Assembly (NCBI GenBank): GCA_965218785.1
Contig: OZ244650.1
Location: forward strand, 1,344,001-1,408,000
DNA: 64,000 nt
Direction: 5' to 3'
From: Nitrosopumilus sp.
GTDB lineage: Archaea > Thermoproteota > Nitrososphaeria > Nitrososphaerales > Nitrosopumilaceae
Shown here: positions 39,704 to 50,710 of the stretch, piece after piece
Position numbering within the stretch: the first letter of the stretch is position 1
Layout of the letters: each line of letters opens with the position of its first letter
Notes under the pieces: generated by a model
The model's database searches: none
The model's input: only the letters and a program-made list of their open reading frames with translations
Told to the model about the DNA's origin: nothing
Made by a program: the position numbers and the translations under genes

Positions 39704-40567
39704 ATGGTTCGAAGGAATCTTTCACCCGCAATTGTCAGGAAATTCATTCCTGCACGAAGGGCAAACTCCAGAAAAGGCGATAACGGCATAGTGCTGGTTC
39801 TTGGCGGAAGTTACATGTATCACGGCGCCCCAATCCTTGCCTCTATTGCCGCACTCCGATGCGGCACCGATCTGGTGTATACCTGTGTTCCAAAGATCAA
39901 CGTGACCCCGACGCGTGCAGTCTCCCCGAATCTTATTGTTATTCCACTAGCTGATCAAAAATTAACCCGCGGTGCTGCAAACAAGCTTGTAGGGGCATTG
40001 CCGCGTAATCTTCATTCTGCCACGGTTGGTATGGGTCTTGCAGTACAGGAAAAAAACGCATTGTTACATCTTGTAAAATGCCTTTTGGACAGGGATGTCA
40101 GGCTGTCACTAGATGCGTCTGCGCTGATTCCAGAGGTGCTGCCGCTTTTGGCTGAGAAAAACGTCATAGTGACGCCGCATGCCGGGGAGTTCAAGCGGTT
40201 ATTTGGTCTGGTACCATCTGACTCTGCAGACCAGCGAATCAAACAAGTCGAGGAACACGCCAAAAAAGCGGGAATTACAATCCTGCTAAAGGGGGCAACG
40301 GATATCATCTCAGATGGTTCTACCACGTATCTTTATGAGAAAAAAATCCCCGCCATGACAGTCGGCGGAACAGGCGACGTACTATCAGGACTGGTCGCAG
40401 GACTGTTATCTAAAAACCGGAACGCCTTGGAGGCAGCAGCGGCTGCTGCATTTATCAACGGACTTGCAGGAAAGGCAGTCCAGAACAGGATGGGACTCCA
40501 CATGACATCCATGGATCTTCTCGAGCAGATTCCCGCAGTGATGAAGCCCTTTGATAAGGTGGTGTAA
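39704..40567 (+). CDS. nnrD: ADP/ATP-dependent NAD(P)H-hydrate dehydratase
   Basis: SRKGDNG, GGS..YHGAP, LDA, TPHAGEF, LKG, GGTGDVLSG. Confidence 0.9.
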   Translation: MVRRNLSPAIVRKFIPARRANSRKGDNGIVLVLGGSYMYHGAPILASIAALRCGTDLVYTCVPKINVTPTRAVSPNLIVIPLADQKLTRGAANKLVGALPRNLHSATVGMGLAVQEKNALLHLVKCLLDRDVRLSLDASALIPEVLPLLAEKNVIVTPHAGEFKRLFGLVPSDSADQRIKQVEEHAKKAGITILLKGATDIISDGSTTYLYEKKIPAMTVGGTGDVLSGLVAGLLSKNRNALEAAAAAAFINGLAGKAVQNRMGLHMTSMDLLEQIPAVMKPFDKVV

Positions 40568-40570
40568 CTG

Positions 40571-41968
40571 ATGGACCCGCTAAAACACATAGACTCTGAG
40601 ATGGGCTCTCTGATCTCGGATCTTCAGACGTTAATCAGACAGCCAAGCGTCTCTGCAAAAAACGAGGGCATTGAGGAGTGTGCCAGACTGGTAAAATCAC
40701 TACTAAGAAGAGCCGGATTAAAATCCGAGATTCTGCGGCTCGAAAGTGGCGTCGCACCAATAGTTTACGGGGAGATAAAATCAAGACAAAACCCGGCAAA
40801 GACCCTGATGTTTTACAATCATTATGACGTCCAGCCTGCCGAACCATTTGATCTGTGGGATGACCCGCCATTTAGCGGAACCAGACGAGGCAACAAAATC
40901 TTTGGCAGGGGCTCAACTGATGACAAGGGGGAACTAATCACCAGAATCAAGGCAGTCGAGGCGTCCCTGAGAACCACGGGTGATGTTCCCTGCAACATTA
41001 AATTTGTAATAGAGGGGGAGGAGGAGACTGGCAGCGAGCACATTGAAAAGTATCTGAAAAAATACAAAAAAAAGTTTGCAGCAGACGGGGTCATCTGGGA
41101 GTTTGGATACGTCGATGCACAAGACCGGCCAGTCATCGGACTTGGAATGAAGGGACTGCTGTTCGTTGAGCTCTCAGTCAAGGAGGCCGTTCGGGATGCG
41201 CATTCAAGCCTGGCAGTCCTGATAAAAAATCCTGCATGGAGGCTCGTTGAGGCCCTGCAGACACTTCGGAGTCCTGCCGGACGAATCCTCATAAAGGACT
41301 GGTACAGCGAGGTGACACCGTTTTCAAAGCAGGACTTGAAACTGATTCAGCAAGAACCCTTTGATGAGAACAGCTTCAAAAAAGAGTTTGGAATCAAATC
41401 TTTTGTGGCAGACAAAAAGGGAATGGATGCAAAAAAAGCACTAGTTGGCGGCGCTACCTGTAACATTGCGGGATTTTTATCCGGGTATACGGGCGATGGC
41501 GCAAAGACAGTTATTCCCGGAGAGGCCCTAGTTAAGATTGATTTCAGACTGGTACCGGGGATGATCCCAAAAAGACAGGTCAGAAGATTAAAGAAACATC
41601 TAAGATCAAGAGGATTCGGAGACGTCAGAGTCAGGGTGTTTCACGGCGAGGTGGCAGCTGCTAGGACCGACTCATCAGAGCCGTTTGTATCGCATGTCCG
41701 GCAGGCAGCTGACGAATCATTTGGAGAATCCATCCTGAATGTCTCAAATGCAGGAACTGGTCCGATGCACTCCTTTATTGATATTCTAAAGGCGCCGTGC
41801 ATCTCCATAGGAAGCACGTACATGTTTGCCAGGATTCATTCGCCAAACGAGTTTGCCAGAATTGATCTGCTAAAAAAGACGACAAGATGCATGTATCTGA
41901 TTATGCGGAATTTTGGAGAGAGCCTAATGGATGCATCTGGGCAGTTTTTTGATGTACTGCGCAAGTGA
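40571..41968 (+). CDS. M20/M25/M40 family metallopeptidase
   Basis: YNHYDVQP, GRGSTDDKG, EGEEETGS, HSPNE. Confidence 0.92.
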   Translation: MDPLKHIDSEMGSLISDLQTLIRQPSVSAKNEGIEECARLVKSLLRRAGLKSEILRLESGVAPIVYGEIKSRQNPAKTLMFYNHYDVQPAEPFDLWDDPPFSGTRRGNKIFGRGSTDDKGELITRIKAVEASLRTTGDVPCNIKFVIEGEEETGSEHIEKYLKKYKKKFAADGVIWEFGYVDAQDRPVIGLGMKGLLFVELSVKEAVRDAHSSLAVLIKNPAWRLVEALQTLRSPAGRILIKDWYSEVTPFSKQDLKLIQQEPFDENSFKKEFGIKSFVADKKGMDAKKALVGGATCNIAGFLSGYTGDGAKTVIPGEALVKIDFRLVPGMIPKRQVRRLKKHLRSRGFGDVRVRVFHGEVAAARTDSSEPFVSHVRQAADESFGESILNVSNAGTGPMHSFIDILKAPCISIGSTYMFARIHSPNEFARIDLLKKTTRCMYLIMRNFGESLMDASGQFFDVLRK

Positions 41969-42340
41969 TATTCTTCCCGGTCCGGCAATCATGATTACCA
42001 GGGACGCTGCAAGCAGGATCACATCAAACTCTACGCCGTTATCCCCAGTCAGGCTGCTTGCCCCCTTTACATGGAATATGGCACCTACCATGATTATCGA
42101 AATCAGTGCCGCTGAAAACCTGCTGAGCACTCCTATGATTAGCAGGATTCCTGGAACCATCTCTGCTAGTGCGATTGGTATCTGCAACTCTGCTGGGAGT
42201 CCCAATTGTGGCAAAAAGTTTCCAAATCCCGGATCAAATTTTGAGATACCGTGAACGATGAATATTACACCAATGGCGGATCTCAGACCCATAAAGACTG
42301 CGTCATCTAGAATTTTTACCCTAATCTCACTTGTAGTCAA
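41924..42340 (-). CDS. DoxX family membrane protein
   Basis: RSAIGVIFIVHGISK, four TM segments, GVEF, GPGRIS. Confidence 0.88.
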   Translation of the reverse strand: MTTSEIRVKILDDAVFMGLRSAIGVIFIVHGISKFDPGFGNFLPQLGLPAELQIPIALAEMVPGILLIIGVLSRFSAALISIIMVGAIFHVKGASSLTGDNGVEFDVILLAASLVIMIAGPGRISLAQYIKKLPRCIH

Positions 42341-42435
42341 TATGTGTCTCTGAAATTATCAGTATAATTATCTTGCCACCAGACCGCACATAAAATGTAG
42401 AAAACCCTTTATTATGCCCCAAAATTATTTGAATC

Positions 42436-43032
42436 ATGTCAATGTATATGCCGGGGGCGACTGCTGTTGGAATTACATTTGTCGGAGGCGTGGTTCTTGC
42501 CAGTGAAAAGAGAATCGCGTTTGGAAACTTTCTTGTAAGCAAATCCACAAAAAAGACGTTTCCGATCACCTCCAAAGTGGGTGCAACATGTGCCGGACTT
42601 GTTGCCGACATGCAGATTCTGTCATTGCAGATTGCAGCACTTGCAAAAATCAGAAAGATGGAGATAAAAAGGGATGTCCCCCCCAATACCGTTGCCAAAA
42701 TGATGTCAAATATGATGTACGAGCGGAGGTACTTCCCGTTACTAACCCAGGTGATTGTAGGCGGGGTAGTTGACAAGCCCGTTATGTATACCCTTGATCC
42801 GCTTGGTTCTGTTCTTCCAGATGAATATGCCGCAGTCGGAACCGGTGCTGAAATGGCGTTGGGCGTCCTAGATCCCCAGTTCAAAAAGGACATGACCCGA
42901 GATGAGGCAGTTGATCTGGCAAAACGCGCGGTGCGTTCTGCCGCCCTGAGGGATTCGGCAAGCGGTGACGGTCTTGATATCCTGGTAATCACCAACGACG
43001 GCACCGAAGAGTTTACAGAAGAGATAAAGTAG
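42436..43032 (+). CDS. psmB: Proteasome beta subunit (probably non-catalytic paralogue)
   Basis: GVVLASEKR, AGLVAD, GTG, RDSASGD; GATAVG at the processing site. Confidence 0.9.
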   Translation: MSMYMPGATAVGITFVGGVVLASEKRIAFGNFLVSKSTKKTFPITSKVGATCAGLVADMQILSLQIAALAKIRKMEIKRDVPPNTVAKMMSNMMYERRYFPLLTQVIVGGVVDKPVMYTLDPLGSVLPDEYAAVGTGAEMALGVLDPQFKKDMTRDEAVDLAKRAVRSAALRDSASGDGLDILVITNDGTEEFTEEIK

Positions 43033-43509
43033 CTAGTCGTAAATCGTTTTTCCAGTCTCCCAAAACCTGTCAGAGATGTAGTGTATGTTTCTTATGACCT
43101 CGCCTTTTTCCATGCCGTCTATCTCCGAGCTGTCCACCATTGCCTTTCCAACTGCCAGAAACTTGTGCTGTGATTCCTCGATGATGCAGACCATGCCGTC
43201 TTTTTCAAATTCCGTGAATCCCTTGATTCCGGGCCTCATGACGTTTGCACCCTTGCACATGAACTTCACGGCCCCCATGTCCACGGTAACGTTTGGGAAC
43301 TTTGATAGCGTCTCAGTCTCTGATAGAAACGGCAGGTAATCGTCATTGATCTTCAGTATCTTCATTCCCCCGCCCGTGATAATCTGGGCATCCTCTAGTA
43401 TCTGATGAACCTTCAGATTCTTGACTCTGGGAAGCTGCATCCCCCATATTTCTGAGACTGTTTTTAAGAGTGCCGATGTCTCACTCTTTGAGATTAGATT
43501 TGATTTCAA
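43033..43509 (-). CDS. PUA-domain RNA-binding protein (MCT-1/Tma20-like)
   Basis: VDMGAVKFMCKGANVMRPGI, HYISD; start re-placed at TTG 43509 overlapping the hom stop. Confidence 0.85.
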   Translation of the reverse strand: MKSNLISKSETSALLKTVSEIWGMQLPRVKNLKVHQILEDAQIITGGGMKILKINDDYLPFLSETETLSKFPNVTVDMGAVKFMCKGANVMRPGIKGFTEFEKDGMVCIIEESQHKFLAVGKAMVDSSEIDGMEKGEVIRNIHYISDRFWETGKTIYD

Positions 43510-44516
43510 GTTCCTGCAATCTCTTCTCTGATGTCCAGCAGGTCTCGCAGTATGGAACTGGCAGTCTCCATGCCCCCCGCACCCTTTCCAATAATTGTCT
43601 GGGTTCCTGAATGCTCGGATGTAAAGGCAATCGCATTTAGCGTCCCATTCACGCAAAGCGGATCATCTAGGGATATCTCCCTGGGCCCCACAACAAGCTC
43701 CTTGTCACATGATGCAATCAGTTTTACCGCACAGTTGTTTTTGGCAGCATCCCTGATGTTATCTGCCGTGAGATTTCGTATTCCGGTACAGTCTATATCC
43801 GGCATGGTTACCTTCATTCCCATTACCCAGTTTGCAAGGATTACCAGTTTGGCAGCAGCATCTAGTCCGTCCAGATCCAGGGACTCGTCTGCCTCTACGT
43901 ATCCCCGGTCTTGGGCGTCCTTGAGCGCGTCTTCAAAGGACAGTCCTGCCGTCATGTTTGAGAGGATGTAATTCGTGGTTCCGTTTAGTATTCCTGCAAA
44001 CGACGTTATTCTTTCTCCGCTGAGACTGTTTTTGGCATAATCTAGAATCGGGGTGCCGCCTCCCACTGTACCGCTGAATTTTAGCATCACCTGGTTGTAT
44101 GTTGCAAGTTCCATAAGGGATGGAAATGCCAGTGCAAGCGGTCCCTTGTTTACAGAGATCACATGCATGCCCTTTTTCATGGCAGTCGTGATGTGGGTCA
44201 TTCCAGGTTCGGCATCCCGGTAGTTGCTTGCCGTAGTCTCAATTAGCACGTCTGCATCAATACTCCTTATCATCTCGACTCCGGAGATGGCGTTTTTCGT
44301 ATCGGCATAATTTTTTACTGTCGCAGACTCTTTCTTTACTTTTATCAATCTGCTAAAATCCAATCCGGATGAATCAACGGCACTCCCGCCGCTGTCAAAC
44401 ACGCCCACTATTCTCGGCTTTAGCCCGTATTTTGCATACAGATCCTCCGATCTTGAATCAAACAGTTTTACCAGGCTCTGACCTACGACGCCAAATCCGC
44501 ATAATATTATTCTCAA
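43506..44516 (-). CDS. hom: Homoserine dehydrogenase
   Basis: GFGVVG, SVNKGPLA, TVGGGTP, GILNGTTNYIL, GYVEAD, GAGGMETA. Confidence 0.95.
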   Translation of the reverse strand: MRIILCGFGVVGQSLVKLFDSRSEDLYAKYGLKPRIVGVFDSGGSAVDSSGLDFSRLIKVKKESATVKNYADTKNAISGVEMIRSIDADVLIETTASNYRDAEPGMTHITTAMKKGMHVISVNKGPLALAFPSLMELATYNQVMLKFSGTVGGGTPILDYAKNSLSGERITSFAGILNGTTNYILSNMTAGLSFEDALKDAQDRGYVEADESLDLDGLDAAAKLVILANWVMGMKVTMPDIDCTGIRNLTADNIRDAAKNNCAVKLIASCDKELVVGPREISLDDPLCVNGTLNAIAFTSEHSGTQTIIGKGAGGMETASSILRDLLDIREEIAGT

Positions 44517-44585
44517 GTCATCTCACACATCCCTCTGATCTTCTTATCATAATTGTGTTTTCTAAAAACATTTTGTTGCAACCAG

Positions 44586-44996
44586 TCATGGTTTTTCTTT
44601 GTCTTTTTCATGCTGTAATGAGATGGAATTGATGCAGTATCTCTGGTTTGTCGGCTTTGGACCGTCATCAAAGACATGTCCCAGGTGTGCCCCGCACCTG
44701 TTGCAATTGACCTCCGTGCGCGTCATCCCGTATGACGTATCAGAGATGTACTCTATCTTCTCCTCGTTAATCGGCTCCCAGAAACTCGGCCATCCGGAGC
44801 CTGAATCAAACTTTGCATGTGACGAAAAAAGCTCCTCATCACAGCACGTACACCTAAAGACCCCCTCGATCTTGCTGTCGTTGTATTTGCCTGAAAATGG
44901 CGGCTCTGTCCCGTGATTAATACAGATCTTGTACTGTTCTGGCGTCAGTTCTTTTTTCCATTCTTCGGGGGTTTTTCTGGCAGTCTTTTCTGTCAT
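44586..44996 (-). CDS. msrB: Peptide-methionine (R)-S-oxide reductase
   Basis: GTEPPFSG, KFDSGSGWPSF, HLGHVFDDGP, RYCINS. Confidence 0.96.
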   Translation of the reverse strand: MTEKTARKTPEEWKKELTPEQYKICINHGTEPPFSGKYNDSKIEGVFRCTCCDEELFSSHAKFDSGSGWPSFWEPINEEKIEYISDTSYGMTRTEVNCNRCGAHLGHVFDDGPKPTNQRYCINSISLQHEKDKEKP

Positions 44997-45032
44997 GGTT
45001 TGGATTATTCCATTTGGTATTAGAATATTTTT

Positions 45033-46679
45033 CTATTTTGAGTGCCTGCTTTTCTTCTTCTTCTCTGCTGTCCGTTTCTCTGACTCGAATCTCTCCAGGT
45101 CGTATTGCTTCAAATCGACGAATTTCATGATTCTGCTCAGGGCAGGGTGAACCTTGCTGATCTGCCTGAACATCTGCTGTGCGACCAGCCGATAGTCTGC
45201 GTGTCCCTGCGGTATGCTCCTCAGTTCGATGAGATGACACGCCTCCCTTAGATTAAACCTCATCAGATACGGATAGTTGTATGCAAAGTTTACGACATAC
45301 TGTGCCTGCTCCGGATGTTTCTTTCGAATCATGTTAAATGTCTCCCGGGTCCCCTCCATGCAGTCCTTAAAGTCATCCCCGATTCCCAGAATTTTGAGCT
45401 CCTCTGGAATGTCGTATCCGTGGTCTGTCGTCAGTAGCTGCCTCTGAAGTGTCAGGGCCCTGTGCCTGTGAAGATCCCTGAACATTCCAAAGTTATTACA
45501 CAAATCAAACGTATAGTAGACTGCCTCAAAGGCCCGTGACGGTCTGTGGCGCCTGTTGGTTCTCAGTTTTACAAATTCATCGATAATTTTGATCTGCTTC
45601 TGCATTGGCATTTTTTTGACATGTCTTAAGATATCCTGATATGATATACCTGGTGACTGCTCATACATGATGCCTGAGATGATCTTCGCTAGTGCGTTTT
45701 TTTCTGGTTCGTAATCGACTAGTCTGACACTTTTTCCTGCAGCCGGTCTTGTCTTGATTTCTCTGGCGGCAATCATCTCTGAGCTGCTTTTGAGATTCCT
45801 CAGGTATTTCTTAAATGCCATGCCGTATTTGTCATCTGCCCTTTTGACAAATGATTTTATCGTAGTCTCCAGCTCTTTTTTGATCTTCGATGCCAGATCC
45901 TGCTCCTCTCTTAGCTCAGACGAGCCTAGAATCGTCAGCAGGTATTCAAACGCGCGGCCGTTGCCTGTAATTCCAACGTTTGTCAGAGTCGATGCGGGTA
46001 GCAGTCCCCGAAGAACATCCAGCGCCTTGGCCTTCGTTGATCCACGGTAAATCATGCCGGCAGACTTTATATCGCCGTCTCTCTTTAATTTGGAAAAGGG
46101 TTTTTCCCCCCCGTCAGCTGAATCCCTAAAGCTGTATTTTTCTATCGGGTACCTTTCTCTTATGTAGCTTATCATGGGTTCCATGTTTTTTGAATACACA
46201 TCAAATGAAAAGTTGCACGTCTCCTCGTACATGTCTGCAAACCTTGATTTCATAATTTCAGGATCCCTGTAAAACCTGTACCTGCCGTTCTCTTTTTTGT
46301 TCCACGCAACATACCTTGATGATTTTTCCAAGTATGACAGGCCGATCCGCCTGTCTTCGATCTTTTTTACCGCGATGTTTGAGAGTCCCTCGATTGCAAT
46401 CTGCGCCTCGCCTAGTTCTGCGACAGAATCATCGCCATACTCCAAAAGCACCCTGTCGTAAAATTCCTCCCCCCTGTTTTTGTTTTTTAAAAACTCGTCA
46501 AGAAAGACCCGCCTCATGCTCTTGTCAGTCCTGCTGTATCTTGACATCAGGGCGCCGCGATCAACCTGCCTTGGCGTGATTATGGCAAACACGTCATCAT
46601 CAGTATTTGAAAAATGTCCGGATAGGATCTTTTTGTCCCTGCTTGAAAATTCAGACAATGCATGTGTCTTGTTTATCAA
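45033..46679 (-). CDS. thyX: FAD-dependent thymidylate synthase (double-domain ThyX)
   Basis: [35 protein letters not shown]. Confidence 0.9.
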   Translation of the reverse strand: MINKTHALSEFSSRDKKILSGHFSNTDDDVFAIITPRQVDRGALMSRYSRTDKSMRRVFLDEFLKNKNRGEEFYDRVLLEYGDDSVAELGEAQIAIEGLSNIAVKKIEDRRIGLSYLEKSSRYVAWNKKENGRYRFYRDPEIMKSRFADMYEETCNFSFDVYSKNMEPMISYIRERYPIEKYSFRDSADGGEKPFSKLKRDGDIKSAGMIYRGSTKAKALDVLRGLLPASTLTNVGITGNGRAFEYLLTILGSSELREEQDLASKIKKELETTIKSFVKRADDKYGMAFKKYLRNLKSSSEMIAAREIKTRPAAGKSVRLVDYEPEKNALAKIISGIMYEQSPGISYQDILRHVKKMPMQKQIKIIDEFVKLRTNRRHRPSRAFEAVYYTFDLCNNFGMFRDLHRHRALTLQRQLLTTDHGYDIPEELKILGIGDDFKDCMEGTRETFNMIRKKHPEQAQYVVNFAYNYPYLMRFNLREACHLIELRSIPQGHADYRLVAQQMFRQISKVHPALSRIMKFVDLKQYDLERFESEKRTAEKKKKSRHSK

Positions 46680-46690
46680 TTATTAATAGT

Positions 46691-47005
46691 CTATTTCTTT
46701 TTTCCAATCTGAATCAGATCAGGACCACGGTCTCGGTCTTTATCCTGTCCCTTGGTCTGCCACCTTAACAGGACCTCCCTGAAATTGACCGCATCTGCCT
46801 CGTTTTCGGTATACATCAGCGATGTGACCCAGAAACCGTTTTTTGCAGTCCTCCCGCCTACGGAGTTCATCCAGAAATCACTGGGCAGGGTTTCCATGGG
46901 CTTGCCATCCGGATCCTGCGTGAGTTCGATCCACCTGTTTGCCACAAAATTCAGAATTTGCTCTAATTCTTCTCTTTGAATCATGAGCCTGCTAATACAC
47001 CACAT
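46691..47005 (-). CDS. Hypothetical protein
   Basis: 104 aa ORF 11 nt upstream of thyX, same strand. Confidence 0.65.
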   Translation of the reverse strand: MWCISRLMIQREELEQILNFVANRWIELTQDPDGKPMETLPSDFWMNSVGGRTAKNGFWVTSLMYTENEADAVNFREVLLRWQTKGQDKDRDRGPDLIQIGKKK

Positions 47006-47115
47006 GATTTTAAAATTGCTAAACCAGACAGTCTCAAGTTGGTAAAAATAATCTTACCAAAATCAAAAACATTTCTTACACTTTGTCGGTTATACGAATC
47101 CCATAATTACCACAC

Positions 47116-48027
47116 ATGACCCACGACGATATCGAAATTATCGGTAAGAACGTCAAAGACATGTACGGAACATTCATGGGTAAGGTCGTAGGAACGATAA
47201 CTGACATCGACGGTAGTATTCAATCCGTTGGCATTGACTCCGGTTCTCAGGGATTACAGCAGATCCAGTATGAGCAACTAGTAGTTCAAGGCGATGTTGT
47301 CATTTTCATTCCAAAATGGAGACTCGACTCCCAAAGACTCATTCGTGAAAAACAACTGACTCTGCGCCGCCTAAAGGCCCTGATGGACATTGTTTCTGAA
47401 AATGATGAAATGAAGGATGATGCACAAATCATTCATGAAAAATACAAGTCAAAACTTGTAACATTATCTGAAACACAAAGTGAAATCAAAGCCAAACTCG
47501 AGGCGAGGTTAACAGAGTTGGATGACGAAATAAAGTCTGCAAAGATGTTATTATTTGATGCAAAAGTACAAACCAAGAGCAATGAGATCTCCAGTACCAC
47601 ATTTGATACTGTGAAATCATGCACAACCACGGTGATTGAGCGAATCACTCATGAAACCGCAGAGATTGCAAATGTGAAGAGCAGAATTGCAGACCTTGAT
47701 TTGGAAATGCAGGATATAACAGCTCTGCCACAACCCCATAACATCCAAGAATCAGCCGTTTCATATCTGGAGACACCCGAATCGCAGCAGCAACAACAAC
47801 AACAACAGCAGCAGCAGGCGGTTCAGTCAATACTTCCAGAAGCCCCTACAGCACCAATAGACACACCTTTGGCACAGGTCCAAGTCCAGACTACACCCAC
47901 GTCTGAACTTCCAACCGAATCCAAAGTATCAGCCGCGTTCCCAGAACCACCACAACAACAGGTGAAATCAGAGACTTTAGATGAAGACAGTGATGACGAC
48001 TGGCTTGCTAGAATGGAAGCACAATAA
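47116..48027 (+). CDS. cdvA: Cell division protein CdvA
   Basis: PRC-like N-terminus (IGKNVKDMYG), coiled coil, low-complexity linker with Q11. Confidence 0.88.
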   Translation: MTHDDIEIIGKNVKDMYGTFMGKVVGTITDIDGSIQSVGIDSGSQGLQQIQYEQLVVQGDVVIFIPKWRLDSQRLIREKQLTLRRLKALMDIVSENDEMKDDAQIIHEKYKSKLVTLSETQSEIKAKLEARLTELDDEIKSAKMLLFDAKVQTKSNEISSTTFDTVKSCTTTVIERITHETAEIANVKSRIADLDLEMQDITALPQPHNIQESAVSYLETPESQQQQQQQQQQQAVQSILPEAPTAPIDTPLAQVQVQTTPTSELPTESKVSAAFPEPPQQQVKSETLDEDSDDDWLARMEAQ

Positions 48028-48047
48028 TTTTTTTATTTTATTTTTTT
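48028..48047 (+). terminator. Oligo-T archaeal terminator
   Basis: T-rich run immediately after the cdvA stop. Confidence 0.5.
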
Positions 48048-48214
48048 GAGATTTGAATCTGCGTTCATGCATTTTTTGATATGATCCTAAATTGAAATTA
48101 AATCCGGAGAAGATCACTATTTTACCAACTGTTATTTGGCAGAAGCAGACTCCCAACATTACATCATAATCTAATTGCCCAACACTAATGTAGTTCACAC
48201 CAGTACATTTTTTG

Positions 48215-50110
48215 ATGTCTGAGACTTTTAACATCGGCCTTGGAAACAATGATACTGCCCTAAGAAAGAGCGCCGATTCTGATTTCGTGTCTTTTTGGGG
48301 GAGACAGGCAGAAAACCTTGTCTGGTTTTCCACTTGGAAAAAAACCTTGGACTGGCAGCCCCCGTTTGCCAAATGGTTTGTCGGAGGCACGATTAACGCC
48401 TCATATAACGCCCTAGACGTACATCAGAGTACAAAATCAGACAAACCGGCCATACTGTGGGAGGGCGAAGACGGCCAGTCCCGAATTCTGACATATCATG
48501 ACATGTTCATCCAAGTCAAAAAATTTGCCAACGTCTTAAAATCCCTCGGCGTTCAAAAAGGGGATCGTGTTACGATATATCTGCCGATGGTCCCCGAATT
48601 GCCTATTGCAATGCTGGCATGTGCCAGAATTGGGGCAACACACACCGTGGTATTTTCAGGATTTAGTGCCAGATCAATTCATGACCGTATTGATGATTCA
48701 AAATCCAGAGTCGTGATAACTGCCGATGGCGGATACCGAAGGGGAAAGATCATCAAATTAAAGCAGGTAGTCGATGATGCAATAGCCGGTCTTGATTTTG
48801 TAGAGCACGTGGTAGTTCTCAACCGGGCAAACAATGAAATCCAGATGACTTCAAAGGACAAGCTTTGGAGTGATCTGATAAATGATGCCTCTGATTCATG
48901 TGATGCAGAAAAACTGGACAGCAATCATCCTCTCTACATATTATACACCTCTGGAACAACCGGAAAGCCAAAGGGTGTCTTGCATGGTACGGGCGGATAT
49001 CTTACACACCTGTATTCCACATTCAAGTGGGCATTTGACATCAAGGATTCTGATGTCTTTTTCTGTACTGCAGATATCGGCTGGGTTACCGGTCACAGTT
49101 ACGTCGTTTATGCCCCGCTGCTTCACGGTGCAACTGAAATAATGTATGAAGGCGCCCCTGATCATCCCGACACATCAAGAATGTGGGAGATCCTGCAGAA
49201 ATACCGGGCTACAATTTTTTACACCACGCCGACTGCCATTCGAATGTTTATGAAATTCGGTGACGAGGCACCCAACTCGTTTGATCTTTCGTCATTGCGG
49301 CTGCTTGGAACAGTAGGCGAGCCAATCAACCCCGAGGTTTGGAGGTGGTATTTCAAAACTGTCGGAAAGGAAAAATGTCCGATTATTGATACGTGGTGGC
49401 AGACAGAGACTGGAGGCATGCTGATCTCAGCACTGCCGGGTCTAGAGACCATCCCACTCAAGCCAGGTTCTGGAACACTGCCAATTCCGGGGGTGGATAT
49501 TTCAGTAGTTGATGAATCCGGGGCCGACGTATCCCCAAATACAAAGGGATACCTCGTAATTAGGAATCCGTGGCCTGGAATGCTGTTGGGCCTGTGGGGC
49601 GATGATGAGAAATACAGGGCAGTCTACTGGTCAAAATATGAGAATTGCTACTATCCAGGCGACTATGCGCTAAGGGATGATGACGGGTATCTTTGGCTGC
49701 TTGGACGTGCAGACGACGTGCTCAAGGTGGCAGGACATAGAATAGGTACTGCCGAACTTGAGAGCTGCATGGTATCACACAACGACGTGGCAGAATCCGC
49801 AGTGTGCGGGATTCCTGATGAAGTAAAGGGCGAGGCAATCATTGCATTTGTTGTTTTAAAACAGGGCACAGTACTGGCAGATCCTGCAGCCCTGGAGCAG
49901 GAACTTGCCGCCAAGATACGTGCCGACATCGGTGCAATCGCATCTCCGCGACGAATCTATTTTGTCTCAAAACTTCCAAAGACCCGCAGTGGAAAGATAA
50001 TGCGCAGACTGCTCAAGGCAGTTGCCAACAATGAAAAGATCGGCGATCTCAGCACGCTAGAAGACGGGGAGGCAGTAACTGAAATTCAGAACGCCTTTAA
50101 CAAACTTTAA
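48215..50110 (+). CDS. acs: Acetyl-CoA synthetase (AMP-forming)
   Basis: YTSGTTGKPKG, TADIGWVTGH, VGEPINPE, DTWWQTETG, PKTRSGKIMRR. Confidence 0.93.
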   Translation: MSETFNIGLGNNDTALRKSADSDFVSFWGRQAENLVWFSTWKKTLDWQPPFAKWFVGGTINASYNALDVHQSTKSDKPAILWEGEDGQSRILTYHDMFIQVKKFANVLKSLGVQKGDRVTIYLPMVPELPIAMLACARIGATHTVVFSGFSARSIHDRIDDSKSRVVITADGGYRRGKIIKLKQVVDDAIAGLDFVEHVVVLNRANNEIQMTSKDKLWSDLINDASDSCDAEKLDSNHPLYILYTSGTTGKPKGVLHGTGGYLTHLYSTFKWAFDIKDSDVFFCTADIGWVTGHSYVVYAPLLHGATEIMYEGAPDHPDTSRMWEILQKYRATIFYTTPTAIRMFMKFGDEAPNSFDLSSLRLLGTVGEPINPEVWRWYFKTVGKEKCPIIDTWWQTETGGMLISALPGLETIPLKPGSGTLPIPGVDISVVDESGADVSPNTKGYLVIRNPWPGMLLGLWGDDEKYRAVYWSKYENCYYPGDYALRDDDGYLWLLGRADDVLKVAGHRIGTAELESCMVSHNDVAESAVCGIPDEVKGEAIIAFVVLKQGTVLADPAALEQELAAKIRADIGAIASPRRIYFVSKLPKTRSGKIMRRLLKAVANNEKIGDLSTLEDGEAVTEIQNAFNKL

Positions 50111-50137
50111 AAATCAGTCAGGTACAAACTGCGATGA

Positions 50138-50671
50138 TTACTGGCCTTTTAGTTCCCTCAAATCAACGTTGGATATCATCTCAAACATTTTCTTGAGCCC
50201 GTCATGCTCTGATCTTGAACTCCTGTCTAGCTGTTCATACCTCTCTTCCCTGATTTGATCCAGTTTGTGGTTTGCCTCTCTGAAAAATTCCTCATACTCT
50301 TTTATTTTTTCACCAGTCATCTGCGTTAGATCAAAAATTATCGTGTTGCTGCCAAGCAGGTTTTTATTTTCATCATAAATGCTCGTTGCCTGAAGCAGTC
50401 CCCGAAAAGTACTCCCGTCCTGCCTCTTGAATGTGATGTCCCTATCAGTCACCTTTCCAGTCTCAAACCACGTCTTTAGGGAGTTGTTCATATCCTCCCA
50501 TGACTCTTTGGGCACGTGCTCGAAGATTGGCCTTCCTAGAATCTCTGATTTCGCATATCCAAGATTTGCAGCATACGTGGAGTTGCAGTCAAGAATCACC
50601 CCGATTGAGTTTATCCTCCTCCACATTACAGGTGCGTCTTTTAGCGTTTTTCTTGCTTCAGTTTGTGGCAT
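50138..50671 (-). CDS. Stand-alone PAS domain protein
   Basis: ILDCN...LGY..SEILGR, FKRQDGS, IYDENKNLLG. Confidence 0.8.
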   Translation of the reverse strand: MPQTEARKTLKDAPVMWRRINSIGVILDCNSTYAANLGYAKSEILGRPIFEHVPKESWEDMNNSLKTWFETGKVTDRDITFKRQDGSTFRGLLQATSIYDENKNLLGSNTIIFDLTQMTGEKIKEYEEFFREANHKLDQIREERYEQLDRSSRSEHDGLKKMFEMISNVDLRELKGQ

Positions 50672-50710
50672 TTTTTAAAATTACAATGACTGGTTATTAA
50701 ACTAAAATTC

